A DNA stretch of 64,000 nucleotides from Candidatus Omnitrophota bacterium (lineage in GTDB: Bacteria > Omnitrophota > Gorgyraeia > Duberdicusellales > 4484-171): the NCBI GenBank assembly GCA_043815445.1, contig JBDRIY010000019.1, forward strand, positions 5,368 to 69,367, given 5' to 3'. A program made the translations under genes and the position numbers. Below, piece after piece: positions 40,905 to 49,643 of the stretch. The notes below the pieces were generated by a model. The model was not told the DNA's origin. It ran no database searches and worked only from the letters and a program-made list of their open reading frames with translations. Each line of letters begins with the position of its first letter. Position 1 is the stretch's first letter.

Positions 40905-42413
40905 TTACTTAATCCCTAATTCTTTCAAATAAGCCGCCATCTCTTTCTCAAGCTTCTCAAGTTTTGGCTCAAGCTCAGCCAACTCTTTAAGATTAGCTGA
41001 TATATCAATCTCAGTATCTTCCACAAAAGTATCAACATATCTTGTAATATTAAGGTTAAAGTCGTTTTCTTCAATTTCTTTAAAATTAACTTTACGAGAA
41101 AACTTATCAATATCTTTTCTCTTAATGTAAGTGTTATAAATCTTTTTAATATTATCGTCAGTTAAGGAATTTTGAGCTTTGCCCGGCTTAAACTCTTTAG
41201 ACGCTTCAATAAAAAGAATGCTCTTTTTTTTCTCATTAGCCCCGCCTGCCTCACGAGAACGATCTATAATAAGTATGGCAACCGGTATCCCTGTTGTCTG
41301 AAAAAGCCCCGCAGGTAAGCCAATGACAGCGTCAATAATGTTTTCTTCTAAAAGCTGTTGGCGAATTTTACCTTCAGCGCCGCCCCTAAACAATACCCCG
41401 TGCGGAACAATAACCGCGACACGGCCTGTTTTAGGTTTTGCTACTTCTATCATATGAGAGACAAATGCATAATCACCCTTATCTTTAGGCGGAACACCTC
41501 TAAAAAATCTATTATACCTATCATGCTCAGCACTTTCTGCTCCCCATTTTTTTAAACTAAAAGGAGGATTAGCAATAACCACATCAAATTTCATCAGCTT
41601 ATCATTCTCAACAAGCAAAGGATTGTTAAGCGTATCACCCCATTCAAGTCTCGCTGAATCTTTACCATGAAGAAACATATTCATGCGCGCAAGCTGATAG
41701 GTGCTTCCTGTTGACTCTTGGCCATATAAGGCATAATTTTTTGTATCCTGTTTCTCAACTTCTTTACCGGCTAATAAAAGAAGGCCGCCTGAGCCCATCG
41801 CCGGGTCACAAATACGATCGCCTTCTTTGGGTTGAGACAACATCGCAACCAGGGTTGCTACTGTTTTGGTAGTAAAAAATTCGCCCGCTTTCTTACCGGC
41901 ATCAGCACCAAACTTTTCAATCATATACATATAAGAGTTACCAATAATATCTTCATCGGTGTCACTTAAATCAATTTTATAAAAATCATTAATCAAATGG
42001 CGTAACATCTTATTCCGTTGTTCCTGTCTACCAAGAACAGCCTCTGAATTAAAATCAACACTAAAAACGCCTTCTAATTTACTCTTATTAATATCCTCAA
42101 TTTTATGCAGAACCTTATTTATTTCCTCACCGATATTGTCTTGTTCATGAATACTATAAATATAATCAAAAGATGTTTTAGCTGGTAAGTAGAAACGATC
42201 TGCTTTCATCTTCTCGGCAATACGCTTTTCGTCATCCCCAAAACGTTTTTTATACTTTTGGTGCTGTTTTTTTGATAAATCGCTAAGGTACTTAAAAAAC
42301 AACATTGATAAAGCATAATCCTTATAAACATCCGCATTAACCGCAGTGCGGGAAGAATCGGCCGCTTTCCATAAAACAACATTTAAATCTTCTTGCGTAT
42401 ATTTTTTTGTCAT
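40905..42413 (-). CDS. hsdM: Type I R-M N6-adenine methyltransferase subunit M
   Basis: LWKAAD, GEFFT, DPAMGSGG, ANPPFS, PHGVLFRG and NLNITRYVD motifs. Confidence 0.97.
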   Translation of the reverse strand: MTKKYTQEDLNVVLWKAADSSRTAVNADVYKDYALSMLFFKYLSDLSKKQHQKYKKRFGDDEKRIAEKMKADRFYLPAKTSFDYIYSIHEQDNIGEEINKVLHKIEDINKSKLEGVFSVDFNSEAVLGRQEQRNKMLRHLINDFYKIDLSDTDEDIIGNSYMYMIEKFGADAGKKAGEFFTTKTVATLVAMLSQPKEGDRICDPAMGSGGLLLLAGKEVEKQDTKNYALYGQESTGSTYQLARMNMFLHGKDSARLEWGDTLNNPLLVENDKLMKFDVVIANPPFSLKKWGAESAEHDRYNRFFRGVPPKDKGDYAFVSHMIEVAKPKTGRVAVIVPHGVLFRGGAEGKIRQQLLEENIIDAVIGLPAGLFQTTGIPVAILIIDRSREAGGANEKKKSILFIEASKEFKPGKAQNSLTDDNIKKIYNTYIKRKDIDKFSRKVNFKEIEENDFNLNITRYVDTFVEDTEIDISANLKELAELEPKLEKLEKEMAAYLKELGIK

Positions 42414-42415
42414 AG

Positions 42416-42994
42416 TTATTCCCCCACTATTTTATTTAATAATCCATTAATAATATTTTTTTTAATGGCACACTTTTTTTCTAACAAAGTTATCTGCATC
42501 GAGATATTCAAGTAAAGATCCACAAGCTTGCGCTGATCTTCCACCGAGAGCAAGTTGATCTTGATATTTTCGATATCTTTACGCAATATATATTTGATAG
42601 CGGCTCCGGTCATAAGATGACTAAACTTCTGTTGGCCAATCGGAGAATTAAGATATAGCGCCAAATAATCAGGTAAAATTATGTTGTTGTCTTTAGCGCG
42701 CAATATATATACGGAAGAAGACGCTAATATTTTTTTATTTGACCTAACCACAGCAGAACGAAAAACACCTTTGTTTGAGATAACAACATCATTGGGCTCA
42801 ATAAAAGCCTTAGTGTGAGAAGTATCACAATTAGTAGCCACTAAACCAGATACATCAATAGATAAAGCATCTTTTTTAATATTTTTAGCTTGTAAGGCAA
42901 ATAAGGAGCTGCCAAAATGCTCTTCTATGGCACCACGAAAAGTGTACCCTGCGATAATGTCAACTATGTGCTTTAGCTTTATTTTATTTTTCAT
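42416..42994 (-). CDS. hsdS: Half-size (single TRD) type I R-M specificity subunit
   Basis: IKLKHIVDIIAGYTFR, ILPDYLALYLNS..GQ, I.RKDIENI.I.L.SVEDQRKLV. ATG at 42994. Confidence 0.82.
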   Translation of the reverse strand: MKNKIKLKHIVDIIAGYTFRGAIEEHFGSSLFALQAKNIKKDALSIDVSGLVATNCDTSHTKAFIEPNDVVISNKGVFRSAVVRSNKKILASSSVYILRAKDNNIILPDYLALYLNSPIGQQKFSHLMTGAAIKYILRKDIENIKINLLSVEDQRKLVDLYLNISMQITLLEKKCAIKKNIINGLLNKIVGE

Positions 42995-43000
42995 ACGGGA

Positions 43001-43029
43001 AGTATACTGCAAAAAACAAAAGCTGTCAA
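43001..43029 (-). promoter_or_regulatory. Sigma70 promoter of the R-M operon (probably leaderless)
   Basis: TTGACA (43029-43024), 17-nt spacer, TATACT (43006-43001). The ATG follows 6 nt later with no RBS. Confidence 0.75.
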
Positions 43030-43526
43030 GTATTTTTTTACGCATACTGCAAGCATACTGTAAAATAGGCAGGATTTGTAGCGAATTTATTTGATTCTCA
43101 CAATCTGTAATTCAGTCCACACGTTACTTAATTAGGTATCATGTGTCCCCGGAATTTCCGGGCTTTACCCCCCCCATTAGATTTCGGTCTGTGAAGCTGA
43201 AATATTTGCTGTTTCCTAAAATACTTCCTTTTTTAAATCTCTCATTCTGATTAAAAATATATCAGCGGCGTCTTTTTTCAGCTCCGTCATCGTTCATCCC
43301 TCCTAAAAATAAAAAAACCTCCACGTTTTATTCGCGAAGGTTTTATCCGCCTGAGGCGGATAGTTCGGGATTTAGCCTTCTTAACTCGGGACTTTTGCCT
43401 AATTGTAATTATGCTTTATCTCGAAAAACAAAGTTGTCAATGGTTTCTTATAAAACCTTACTCTTCTACGCCTTCGCTTTGCTCTTGGCTTCGAAGCAGC
43501 ACCAAATCTTTGCTTCAGCAAAAATT

Positions 43527-43600
43527 TGGTGGAGCCGACGGGAATCGAACCCGTGATACCACAATGCCATTGTGGTGTGATCCCGCTTCACCACGGCCCC
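43527..43600 (-). tRNA. tRNA-Ala(GGC)
   Basis: GGGGCCG/CGGCTCC acceptor with G3:U70, anticodon arm CCACA-ATGGCAT-TGTGG, GGTTCGATT T-loop, encoded CCA. Confidence 0.95.
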
Positions 43601-43712
43601 GCAGAAACAAGAAGATTCTTCGCTCTGCTCAGGATTAATTCAACTAAGGGCTTTTGTGCGCAGAGTTTATCCTGAGTATTTCGAAGGGCTTCAAAAGCCT
43701 AAGTTTCATTGA

Positions 43713-43770
43713 ATATTACCATTCATAAAGGAAATTGTCAATTGACAAAGAAAATTAGTAATGTTATGAT
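43713..43770. promoter_or_regulatory. Back-to-back divergent sigma70 promoters for tRNA-Ala and tRNA-Leu
   Basis: TGTCAA-TTGACA palindrome at 43736-43747. Plus strand: TTGACA-17-TATGAT. Minus strand: TTGACA-17-TAATAT. Confidence 0.7.
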
Positions 43771-43812
43771 TGAAGAAATCGTATCAATATTACTTTAATA
43801 TTATTACATTTT

Positions 43813-43895
43813 GCCGGAGTGGCGGAATGGCAGACGCGCTGGATTCAAAATCCAGTCTCCGCAAGGAGGTGAGGGTTCAAGTCCCTCCTCCGGCA
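43813..43895 (+). tRNA. tRNA-Leu(CAA)
   Basis: GCCGGAG/CTCCGGC acceptor, CTGGA-TTCAAAA-TCCAG anticodon arm, long variable arm, GGTTCAAGTCC. Confidence 0.96.
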
Positions 43896-43904
43896 TTAAA
43901 TTAA

Positions 43905-45842
43905 ATGGCACACTTCCAACTAGATAGATTTCAAGAAGAGGCGATTGAATATTCCCGCAAAGAGCATTCAGTCATTGTTAGCGCGCCTACTGGAGCGGGA
44001 AAAACTCTTATTGCTGAACATATAATTCAAGATTGTATAGACAATAATAAAGGTGTTATCTACACCGCTCCTATAAAAGCTCTTAGTAATCAAAAATTCC
44101 GTGACTTCTGCAAAAAATACCCTCAGAAAACCGGAATCCTTACCGGCGACGTAAACATAAATCGAGACGCGCCTATTTTAATTATGACTACGGAAATATT
44201 CCGTAATGCCATCATGGTTGATCCTCAAAGCTTTGAGCACCGGGAATGGGTTATCTTCGACGAAATTCATTATCTTGACGATATTGAACGGGGCACAGTT
44301 TGGGAAGAAGCAATTATTCTTTTACCTCCTAAAATGAAAATGCTGGCTTTAAGCGCTACTATTCCTAATCTTAAAGAACTGGTTTGCTGGCTTGAACAAA
44401 TCCACAACTTTCCCATAAAAACAATAATAGAAAAGGACCGCCCTGTTCCCCTTCACTTTTTGTTTCACTGCAATAATGAAATATTTTATAACTTTGAGGA
44501 ATTAAACAAATCTGACCAGTTGCGAAAAAGCCTTAAAAATCCTTCTTATCAAGAAAGTTATTTTTTTTCCAAACCTAACCAGATAAAAACTCTCTTAGAG
44601 AATATTAATGAGAATAAGGCTTCTCCTTGCGTTTATTTTTCTTTTTCGCGAAAAAGGTGTGAAATTCTAGCTCAGGAAGCCGGATATTTTAACTTCCTTT
44701 CTCCCAATGAAAAAAAGAAAATAACTGAAACTTTTGATCAACTTTTAGACAAATTTGATATCTCCGGTTCTCCTCACATAAGCTTTCTGGCATCCTTAAT
44801 TAATAAAGGTATTGCTTACCACCACGCCGGGCTTCTGCCCTCTTTAAAAGAAATAATTGAAAGACTGTTTACAACCGGCTTAATAAAACTAATTTTTACC
44901 ACTGAAACCTTTGCCTTAGGGATAAATATGCCGGCAAGAACAGTTGTCTTTGATACTATGAGCAAATTTTACGGAAGCTATCACGGTTATCTTAAAACCC
45001 GCGACTTTTACCAGATGGCCGGCAGAGCCGGAAGACGGGGTATTGATAAAGAAGGGTTTGTATTTTCTCGAATAAACCCTTCTCATATAGACATTAAATC
45101 TTTAGAAAAAATAATCTACGGAGACTACGAACCAATCAAAAGCCAGCTTAATTCCTGTTACGCGACTATCTTAAACCTTTACAGAATAATGGGAGATAAA
45201 ATTTACGATATTTATCCTAAATCATTTCACTTTTATCAAAGCAAAGCCTGGGAAAAAAAACAAGTTTTAGGGCTGCTTAAAAGAAAAATCGCTCTGCTGG
45301 AAGAGCTGGGCTACATTTCCGGTTTAAATATAACTCCTAAAGCTGAGCTTGCCGCTAAAGTTTATAGTTTTGAGTTGGCTATTGGAGAATTATTTAATCA
45401 AGGTTTCTTAGACAACCTCGATGAAGAAATCTTATTTATATTCATAATTGCTCTAGTATATGAACCGAGAAAAGGAGAAAAAAGGCCGAAATTAAATAAA
45501 AGGATAAGAGCCTTAAAAAGAGACTTGGATCGGTTTGTCCGAATTATACATGATACAGAAAAAAAATTTCATATTCTTCCCTTAAGCAAAAAGTTTTTCT
45601 TTTATCTTGCTGATGCTTCCAAAATGTGGTTTGAGGGGGCTGAGTTTTCCAGCTTAAAAAAATTCTCCAGCGTTGATGAAGGCGAGATAGTCCGTTACTT
45701 TAGAATGGGAATACAAGTGCTAAGAGAAATGTCTTCCTCCCCGATAATAAACCCTTATTTAAGAAAGAAAATTCTAAACTGCTTGAGAAAAGTAAACCGC
45801 GGCGTAGTAGACGCCCGTCAACAGTTAACCCAGGAAATCTAA
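43905..45842 (+). CDS. Ski2-like (HelY-type) DEAD/DEAH-box helicase
   Basis: APTGAGKT, YTAPIKALSNQK, MTTEIFRN, DEIHY, LSAT, HHAGLLP, TETFALGINMPA and QMAGRAGRRG. Confidence 0.93.
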   Translation: MAHFQLDRFQEEAIEYSRKEHSVIVSAPTGAGKTLIAEHIIQDCIDNNKGVIYTAPIKALSNQKFRDFCKKYPQKTGILTGDVNINRDAPILIMTTEIFRNAIMVDPQSFEHREWVIFDEIHYLDDIERGTVWEEAIILLPPKMKMLALSATIPNLKELVCWLEQIHNFPIKTIIEKDRPVPLHFLFHCNNEIFYNFEELNKSDQLRKSLKNPSYQESYFFSKPNQIKTLLENINENKASPCVYFSFSRKRCEILAQEAGYFNFLSPNEKKKITETFDQLLDKFDISGSPHISFLASLINKGIAYHHAGLLPSLKEIIERLFTTGLIKLIFTTETFALGINMPARTVVFDTMSKFYGSYHGYLKTRDFYQMAGRAGRRGIDKEGFVFSRINPSHIDIKSLEKIIYGDYEPIKSQLNSCYATILNLYRIMGDKIYDIYPKSFHFYQSKAWEKKQVLGLLKRKIALLEELGYISGLNITPKAELAAKVYSFELAIGELFNQGFLDNLDEEILFIFIIALVYEPRKGEKRPKLNKRIRALKRDLDRFVRIIHDTEKKFHILPLSKKFFFYLADASKMWFEGAEFSSLKKFSSVDEGEIVRYFRMGIQVLREMSSSPIINPYLRKKILNCLRKVNRGVVDARQQLTQEI

Positions 45843-45843
45843 C

Positions 45844-45934
45844 AGGCTTCAAGCTGCAAGCTACAGGCTGCATACTTCAGACTTCAGCTTCAAGTTTAAA
45901 ATGCACACTTGAAGCTTGCAGCCTGCGGCCTGAA
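45844..45934. repeat. Heptamer-periodic inverted repeat, GCTGCAA/CTTGCAG family
   Basis: GCTTCAA GCTGCAA GCTACAG GCTGCAT ... CTTGAAG CTTGCAG CCTGCGG CCTGAA. Confidence 0.8.
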
Positions 45935-45956
45935 TTCGGCCTAAACAAAAAATTTC

Positions 45957-45984
45957 TTGACAATAATTTATTTGCCAGTATAGT
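45957..45984 (+). promoter_or_regulatory. Putative sigma70 promoter of rpmB
   Basis: TTGACA, 16-nt spacer, TATAGT; 10 nt upstream of the ATG. Confidence 0.55.
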
Positions 45985-45994
45985 AAATAGCACT

Positions 45995-46240
45995 ATGAGT
46001 AGAAGATGTGAAATATGCGGAAAAAAGGCTTTAACGGGAACTAGTATCAGTCGAAGAGGCTTAGCTAAGAAAAAAGGCGGTGTTGGGCTAAAGACAACCG
46101 GTATAACCAAAAGGAAGTTCTTCCCTAACCTCCAGCCTAAAAAAGCGTTTATAAACGGTAAGGTTAAAAAAATCCTCGTCTGCGCGAAGTGCCTAAAAGC
46201 TCAAAAAGTAACTCTGCCTACGAAACCCGGCAATCTCTAA
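45995..46240 (+). CDS. rpmB: 50S ribosomal protein L28
   Basis: MSRRCEICGK...TKRKFFPNLQ...VCAKCLK. Confidence 0.96.
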   Translation: MSRRCEICGKKALTGTSISRRGLAKKKGGVGLKTTGITKRKFFPNLQPKKAFINGKVKKILVCAKCLKAQKVTLPTKPGNL

Positions 46241-47876
46241 TTACTAATCTAGGAATATTGTGATAGCGGTTTTTTTCCAGGGAAAATGCTATGTCAAAGG
46301 TTTCGGCGTAGTTTAAAACCTCTAAAACATCTTTATCGTAAACAATACCCTCAAATACTCTATTGTTGTCACTGAGCCAAATAGAAAAACCTGAACGTAT
46401 TTTTTGAGGAGCGCTTTTCTTAAAAATATTAAAACAAGAAAAAAGCGGCTTAGAATTTCCTTCTCCGTAAGGGCCTAATTTTTCTATATCCTCAACTAAA
46501 CCCAATTCTATATCTTCAAAATTTAATGACGCGTCTATATCAACTATGGGAATAAAATCTTCCGGAGATGAACTCTCTTTTATAAGTAAATTAATCTTTT
46601 CTTTAAAGCCCTCTAATTGGCCTTTTATAAGGCTTACCCCCGCGGCTCGAGCATGCCCGCCGTATAGAACAAGAAAATCCGAACACTTATTCAAAACTTC
46701 TAATAAATGGACACTATAGATGGAACGGGCTGAACCTTTCCCTTTATGCTCATCAAAGGAAATAACAAAACAAGGCCTAAAATATTTATCTGCCAAGCGC
46801 GAAGCTACAATTCCTAAAACTCCCTGGTGCCAACCTTCTCCTGAAACAACAATGGCATAATCACCTTTTATATTACCCTTGACATCTTCTTCTGCCGCCC
46901 GTAAGATTTGGGCTTCAATATCTTTCCTTAACAAGTTATATTCATTTAGCTTGAAAGCGTAGCTCCGGGCTTCCAAGGCATCTTTTGTTAAAAAAAGCTT
47001 AAAAGAATCAATAGCATGAGCTACTCTTCCTGAAGCATTAATCCGCGGGCCTAAAACAAATCCAATATGAAAAATATCAATATTTTCTTGTTTAATTCTA
47101 CCTACGTCACAAAGAGCTTTTATCGCCAGCCTGTTGGTTTTTCTAATTACCTCAAGGCCTTTTTTAAGCAAAATCCTATTTTCTCCTCTTAAGGGAGCAA
47201 CATCACAAACTAATGATAAAGCCACCAAATCCAAAACTTCATAACAATCAGAACCGGTTAAAGCCTGGAGAAATTTAAAAGAAAGAGCGCCGGCGCTTAA
47301 ATCCGGAAAAGGATAATTAGAATCTTTTCTTTTAGGATTTATAAAAGCAAAAGACTCAGTTATTTGATCCTTAGGGAGATGATGATCAATTATAACTACG
47401 TCTATATTTAATGAGCCGGCAAACTCCACCTCTTCATAAGCGTTTGTGCCGCAGTCAAAAGCAATAAGCAAGCTTACCCCTTCTTCAGCCGCTTTTTTGA
47501 TAGTTTTTTTATTTAAACCATAGCCTTCTTCACAACGATGAGGAATATGAAAAGAAAAAATGTCAGGATGTTTAAAGGAAAACTCATAAAATATGGCCAA
47601 AGAAGTGATACCGTCAACATCATAATCGCCGAAAACAAGAACCTTTTCTTTCCCGGTAACCGCGGCATTTACCCTTTGAACAGCTTTTTTAATATCAGGA
47701 AGTAAGTTCGGCGAATGAAGAACAGGGTGGGTTAAACCTAAAAAACAAGAAAAATCCTCTTCTTTTATCCAGCGGTTAAGAAAAATCTGGGCTAAAAAAA
47801 TCGATATATTATGTTTTTTTGCCAGCAAAGCAGCGCGGGGGTTTAGCTCTTTAATCTTCCAAAGTTTTCTTCTCAT
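46218..47876 (-). CDS. recJ: ssDNA-specific exonuclease RecJ
   Basis: GDYDVDG, EGYGLN, DCGT, DHH, GPRINASGR, GSARS and GGH..AAG. ATG at 47876 preferred. Confidence 0.96.
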   Translation of the reverse strand: MRRKLWKIKELNPRAALLAKKHNISIFLAQIFLNRWIKEEDFSCFLGLTHPVLHSPNLLPDIKKAVQRVNAAVTGKEKVLVFGDYDVDGITSLAIFYEFSFKHPDIFSFHIPHRCEEGYGLNKKTIKKAAEEGVSLLIAFDCGTNAYEEVEFAGSLNIDVVIIDHHLPKDQITESFAFINPKRKDSNYPFPDLSAGALSFKFLQALTGSDCYEVLDLVALSLVCDVAPLRGENRILLKKGLEVIRKTNRLAIKALCDVGRIKQENIDIFHIGFVLGPRINASGRVAHAIDSFKLFLTKDALEARSYAFKLNEYNLLRKDIEAQILRAAEEDVKGNIKGDYAIVVSGEGWHQGVLGIVASRLADKYFRPCFVISFDEHKGKGSARSIYSVHLLEVLNKCSDFLVLYGGHARAAGVSLIKGQLEGFKEKINLLIKESSSPEDFIPIVDIDASLNFEDIELGLVEDIEKLGPYGEGNSKPLFSCFNIFKKSAPQKIRSGFSIWLSDNNRVFEGIVYDKDVLEVLNYAETFDIAFSLEKNRYHNIPRLVIRDCRVS

Positions 47877-47934
47877 ACTTCGCTCCGCTTCGTAACGCTG
47901 AAATACGCGGATATTTTTCGCGTCTATCTGTGCC

Positions 47935-49575
47935 TCACATTTTCTCAACTGGAGTTATTCCTAAAAGTCCTAAGCCGCTGTGAAAAACTATTTTCAAGGC
48001 TTGAAGAAGATTAAGCCGAGCCTGAGTTATATTTTCATCTTCGGTTAATACCCTTGTTCCTTCATAAAACCTATGAAAAGCAGATGCTAAATTTCTTAAA
48101 TATTCAATAATAAATATTGGTTCTAAAGTAGAATAAGCCTTATCCAAACAATAAGAGAATTGCAATAAGGTTCTTAAAAGATTAAGTTCTTCAGGGTTCG
48201 TTAGCAATTTGCTAAATTCACTGTTGAAAGAAGGAGCCTTAGCTTTTTTAAAAATACTCTCAACCCGGGCACAAACATACTGGATATAATATAAAGGATT
48301 ATTAAAAGACATTTCTTTGGCTAAATCAATATCAAACTCTAAATGAGAAGAGTTTCTGCGAGTAAGATAATAAAATCTGGCTGTATCTTTACCTACATCT
48401 CTGATCAAATTTGAAAGTAATACCATCTGGCCTGACCTTTTCGACATCTTTTCTTTAGTCTTTAAAGTTACCAGCTGAATTATGATAATTTTTAAGATAT
48501 CTTTTTTATGTTTTAAAGCCCCGGCGTGACGTCGGGGTAAAGCCGATATGGCTGATTCTACTCTTTTAATATAACCGTGATGATCCGGGCCCCATAAATT
48601 TATTAATTTTGTGAATTTACGTTCAATTTTATCTTTATGATAAGCAATATCAGAAGCAAAATAAGTAAGTTCCCCGTCTTCCTTCCTAATGACCCTGTCC
48701 TTGTCGTCTCCGAATTTAGTGGAAGAGAACCACAAAGCGCCTTGTTTCTCGTAAATTAAGCCTTTTTCATTTAAATACTCAACCGCGGCTTCAACCTCTT
48801 TTTTATCAATAATCTTTTGCTGACTTATCCAACTATCGAATTTTATCCCTAAAGAATTTAAATCTTTTTTTATAAAATCATTAAGAATATGTTCAATGAT
48901 AAATTCCTTTAAGCTAAGCTTGTTTGGCTTCTCTAATTTATCTTTATTTTTAAGAACTTCATCGGCGATATCTTTAACGTATTCCCCGTGATAACCTCCC
49001 TCAGGAATCTTAGCTTCTTGGCCTTCAGGTGCTTGAAGCCAAGCTTGAACTGAAGAAACTAACAAATCCATCTGTTTTCCAGCATCATTTACATAATATT
49101 CTTTAACCACATCGTTTCCAAAAAATTTTAAAATATTGCCGATAGTATCCCCAACTACTGCCTGACGGCCATGAGCTATAGAAAGAGGCCCTGTTGGATT
49201 GGCGCTTAAAAATTCAAGAAGCACTCTTCTTTTTATTTTAGCTCGAAAAAAATCATCCTTATCTTGAAGTATTTTATTTAAAGAGTTTATAAGCACTTCT
49301 TGGGAAAAAAATATATTTACAAAACCCGGGCGCAATATTTCTATTCTCTCCACATCAGCCAATAACGTTTTTTCTAAAGAAGCTTTTAGCTGAGTAGCTA
49401 TTTCTAAAGGTTCTTTTTTAAGCTTTGAGGCAAGCTTTAAAGCAGCCATAGACGATAAATCACCGAACTCTTGTTTTTGAGGAAGCTCCCATAAAGGGTG
49501 TTCTAAAATTTCAGCGTAGTTGTCTTTTATGGCGTTTTCTAAAGCCTGGCTAACTTTGTCGTAAAAGCTTTTCAC
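47935..49575 (-). CDS. argS: Arginine--tRNA ligase
   Basis: EFLSANPTGPL, EYYVNDAG.Q, GDDKDRV, TYFASDIAYH, KMSKRSG and YYIQY motifs. Confidence 0.97.
   Translation of the reverse strand: MKSFYDKVSQALENAIKDNYAEILEHPLWELPQKQEFGDLSSMAALKLASKLKKEPLEIATQLKASLEKTLLADVERIEILRPGFVNIFFSQEVLINSLNKILQDKDDFFRAKIKRRVLLEFLSANPTGPLSIAHGRQAVVGDTIGNILKFFGNDVVKEYYVNDAGKQMDLLVSSVQAWLQAPEGQEAKIPEGGYHGEYVKDIADEVLKNKDKLEKPNKLSLKEFIIEHILNDFIKKDLNSLGIKFDSWISQQKIIDKKEVEAAVEYLNEKGLIYEKQGALWFSSTKFGDDKDRVIRKEDGELTYFASDIAYHKDKIERKFTKLINLWGPDHHGYIKRVESAISALPRRHAGALKHKKDILKIIIIQLVTLKTKEKMSKRSGQMVLLSNLIRDVGKDTARFYYLTRRNSSHLEFDIDLAKEMSFNNPLYYIQYVCARVESIFKKAKAPSFNSEFSKLLTNPEELNLLRTLLQFSYCLDKAYSTLEPIFIIEYLRNLASAFHRFYEGTRVLTEDENITQARLNLLQALKIVFHSGLGLLGITPVEKM
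48514..48544. repeat. In-frame 24-bp hairpin insert in argS
   Basis: TAAAGCC-CCGGCGTGACGTCGGGG-TAAAGCC; encodes PRRHAGAL. Confidence 0.75.
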
Positions 49576-49643
49576 AATAACTCCTTTATCATTCCCGTAA
49601 AACTTATCCCCGTAAAAACGAAGAGCGGGAATCTAAAAAATCT

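Noticed and set aside
36938-42994. Phase-variable hsdS shufflon
   Set aside because: Both hsdS genes are co-oriented, I see no shared long repeats, and no site-specific recombinase is present.
30872-43160. AATAGGTGTGCCCC (30874) and ATTAGGTATCATGTGTCCCC (43131) as island boundary repeats
   Set aside because: The similarity is too short and gapped to support.
43345-43415. c-di-GMP-I riboswitch (GGCAAA start)
   Set aside because: Lacks the GAAA tetraloop and the GACGCAAAG/receptor elements.
29760-43530. Defence island as an integrase-mobilised element at tRNA-Ala
   Set aside because: No integrase or transposase ORF, and no copy of the tRNA-Ala 3' end was found near 29.8-30.0 kb.
43411-43638. 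75-aa plus-strand ORF
   Set aside because: Antisense to tRNA-Ala; spurious.
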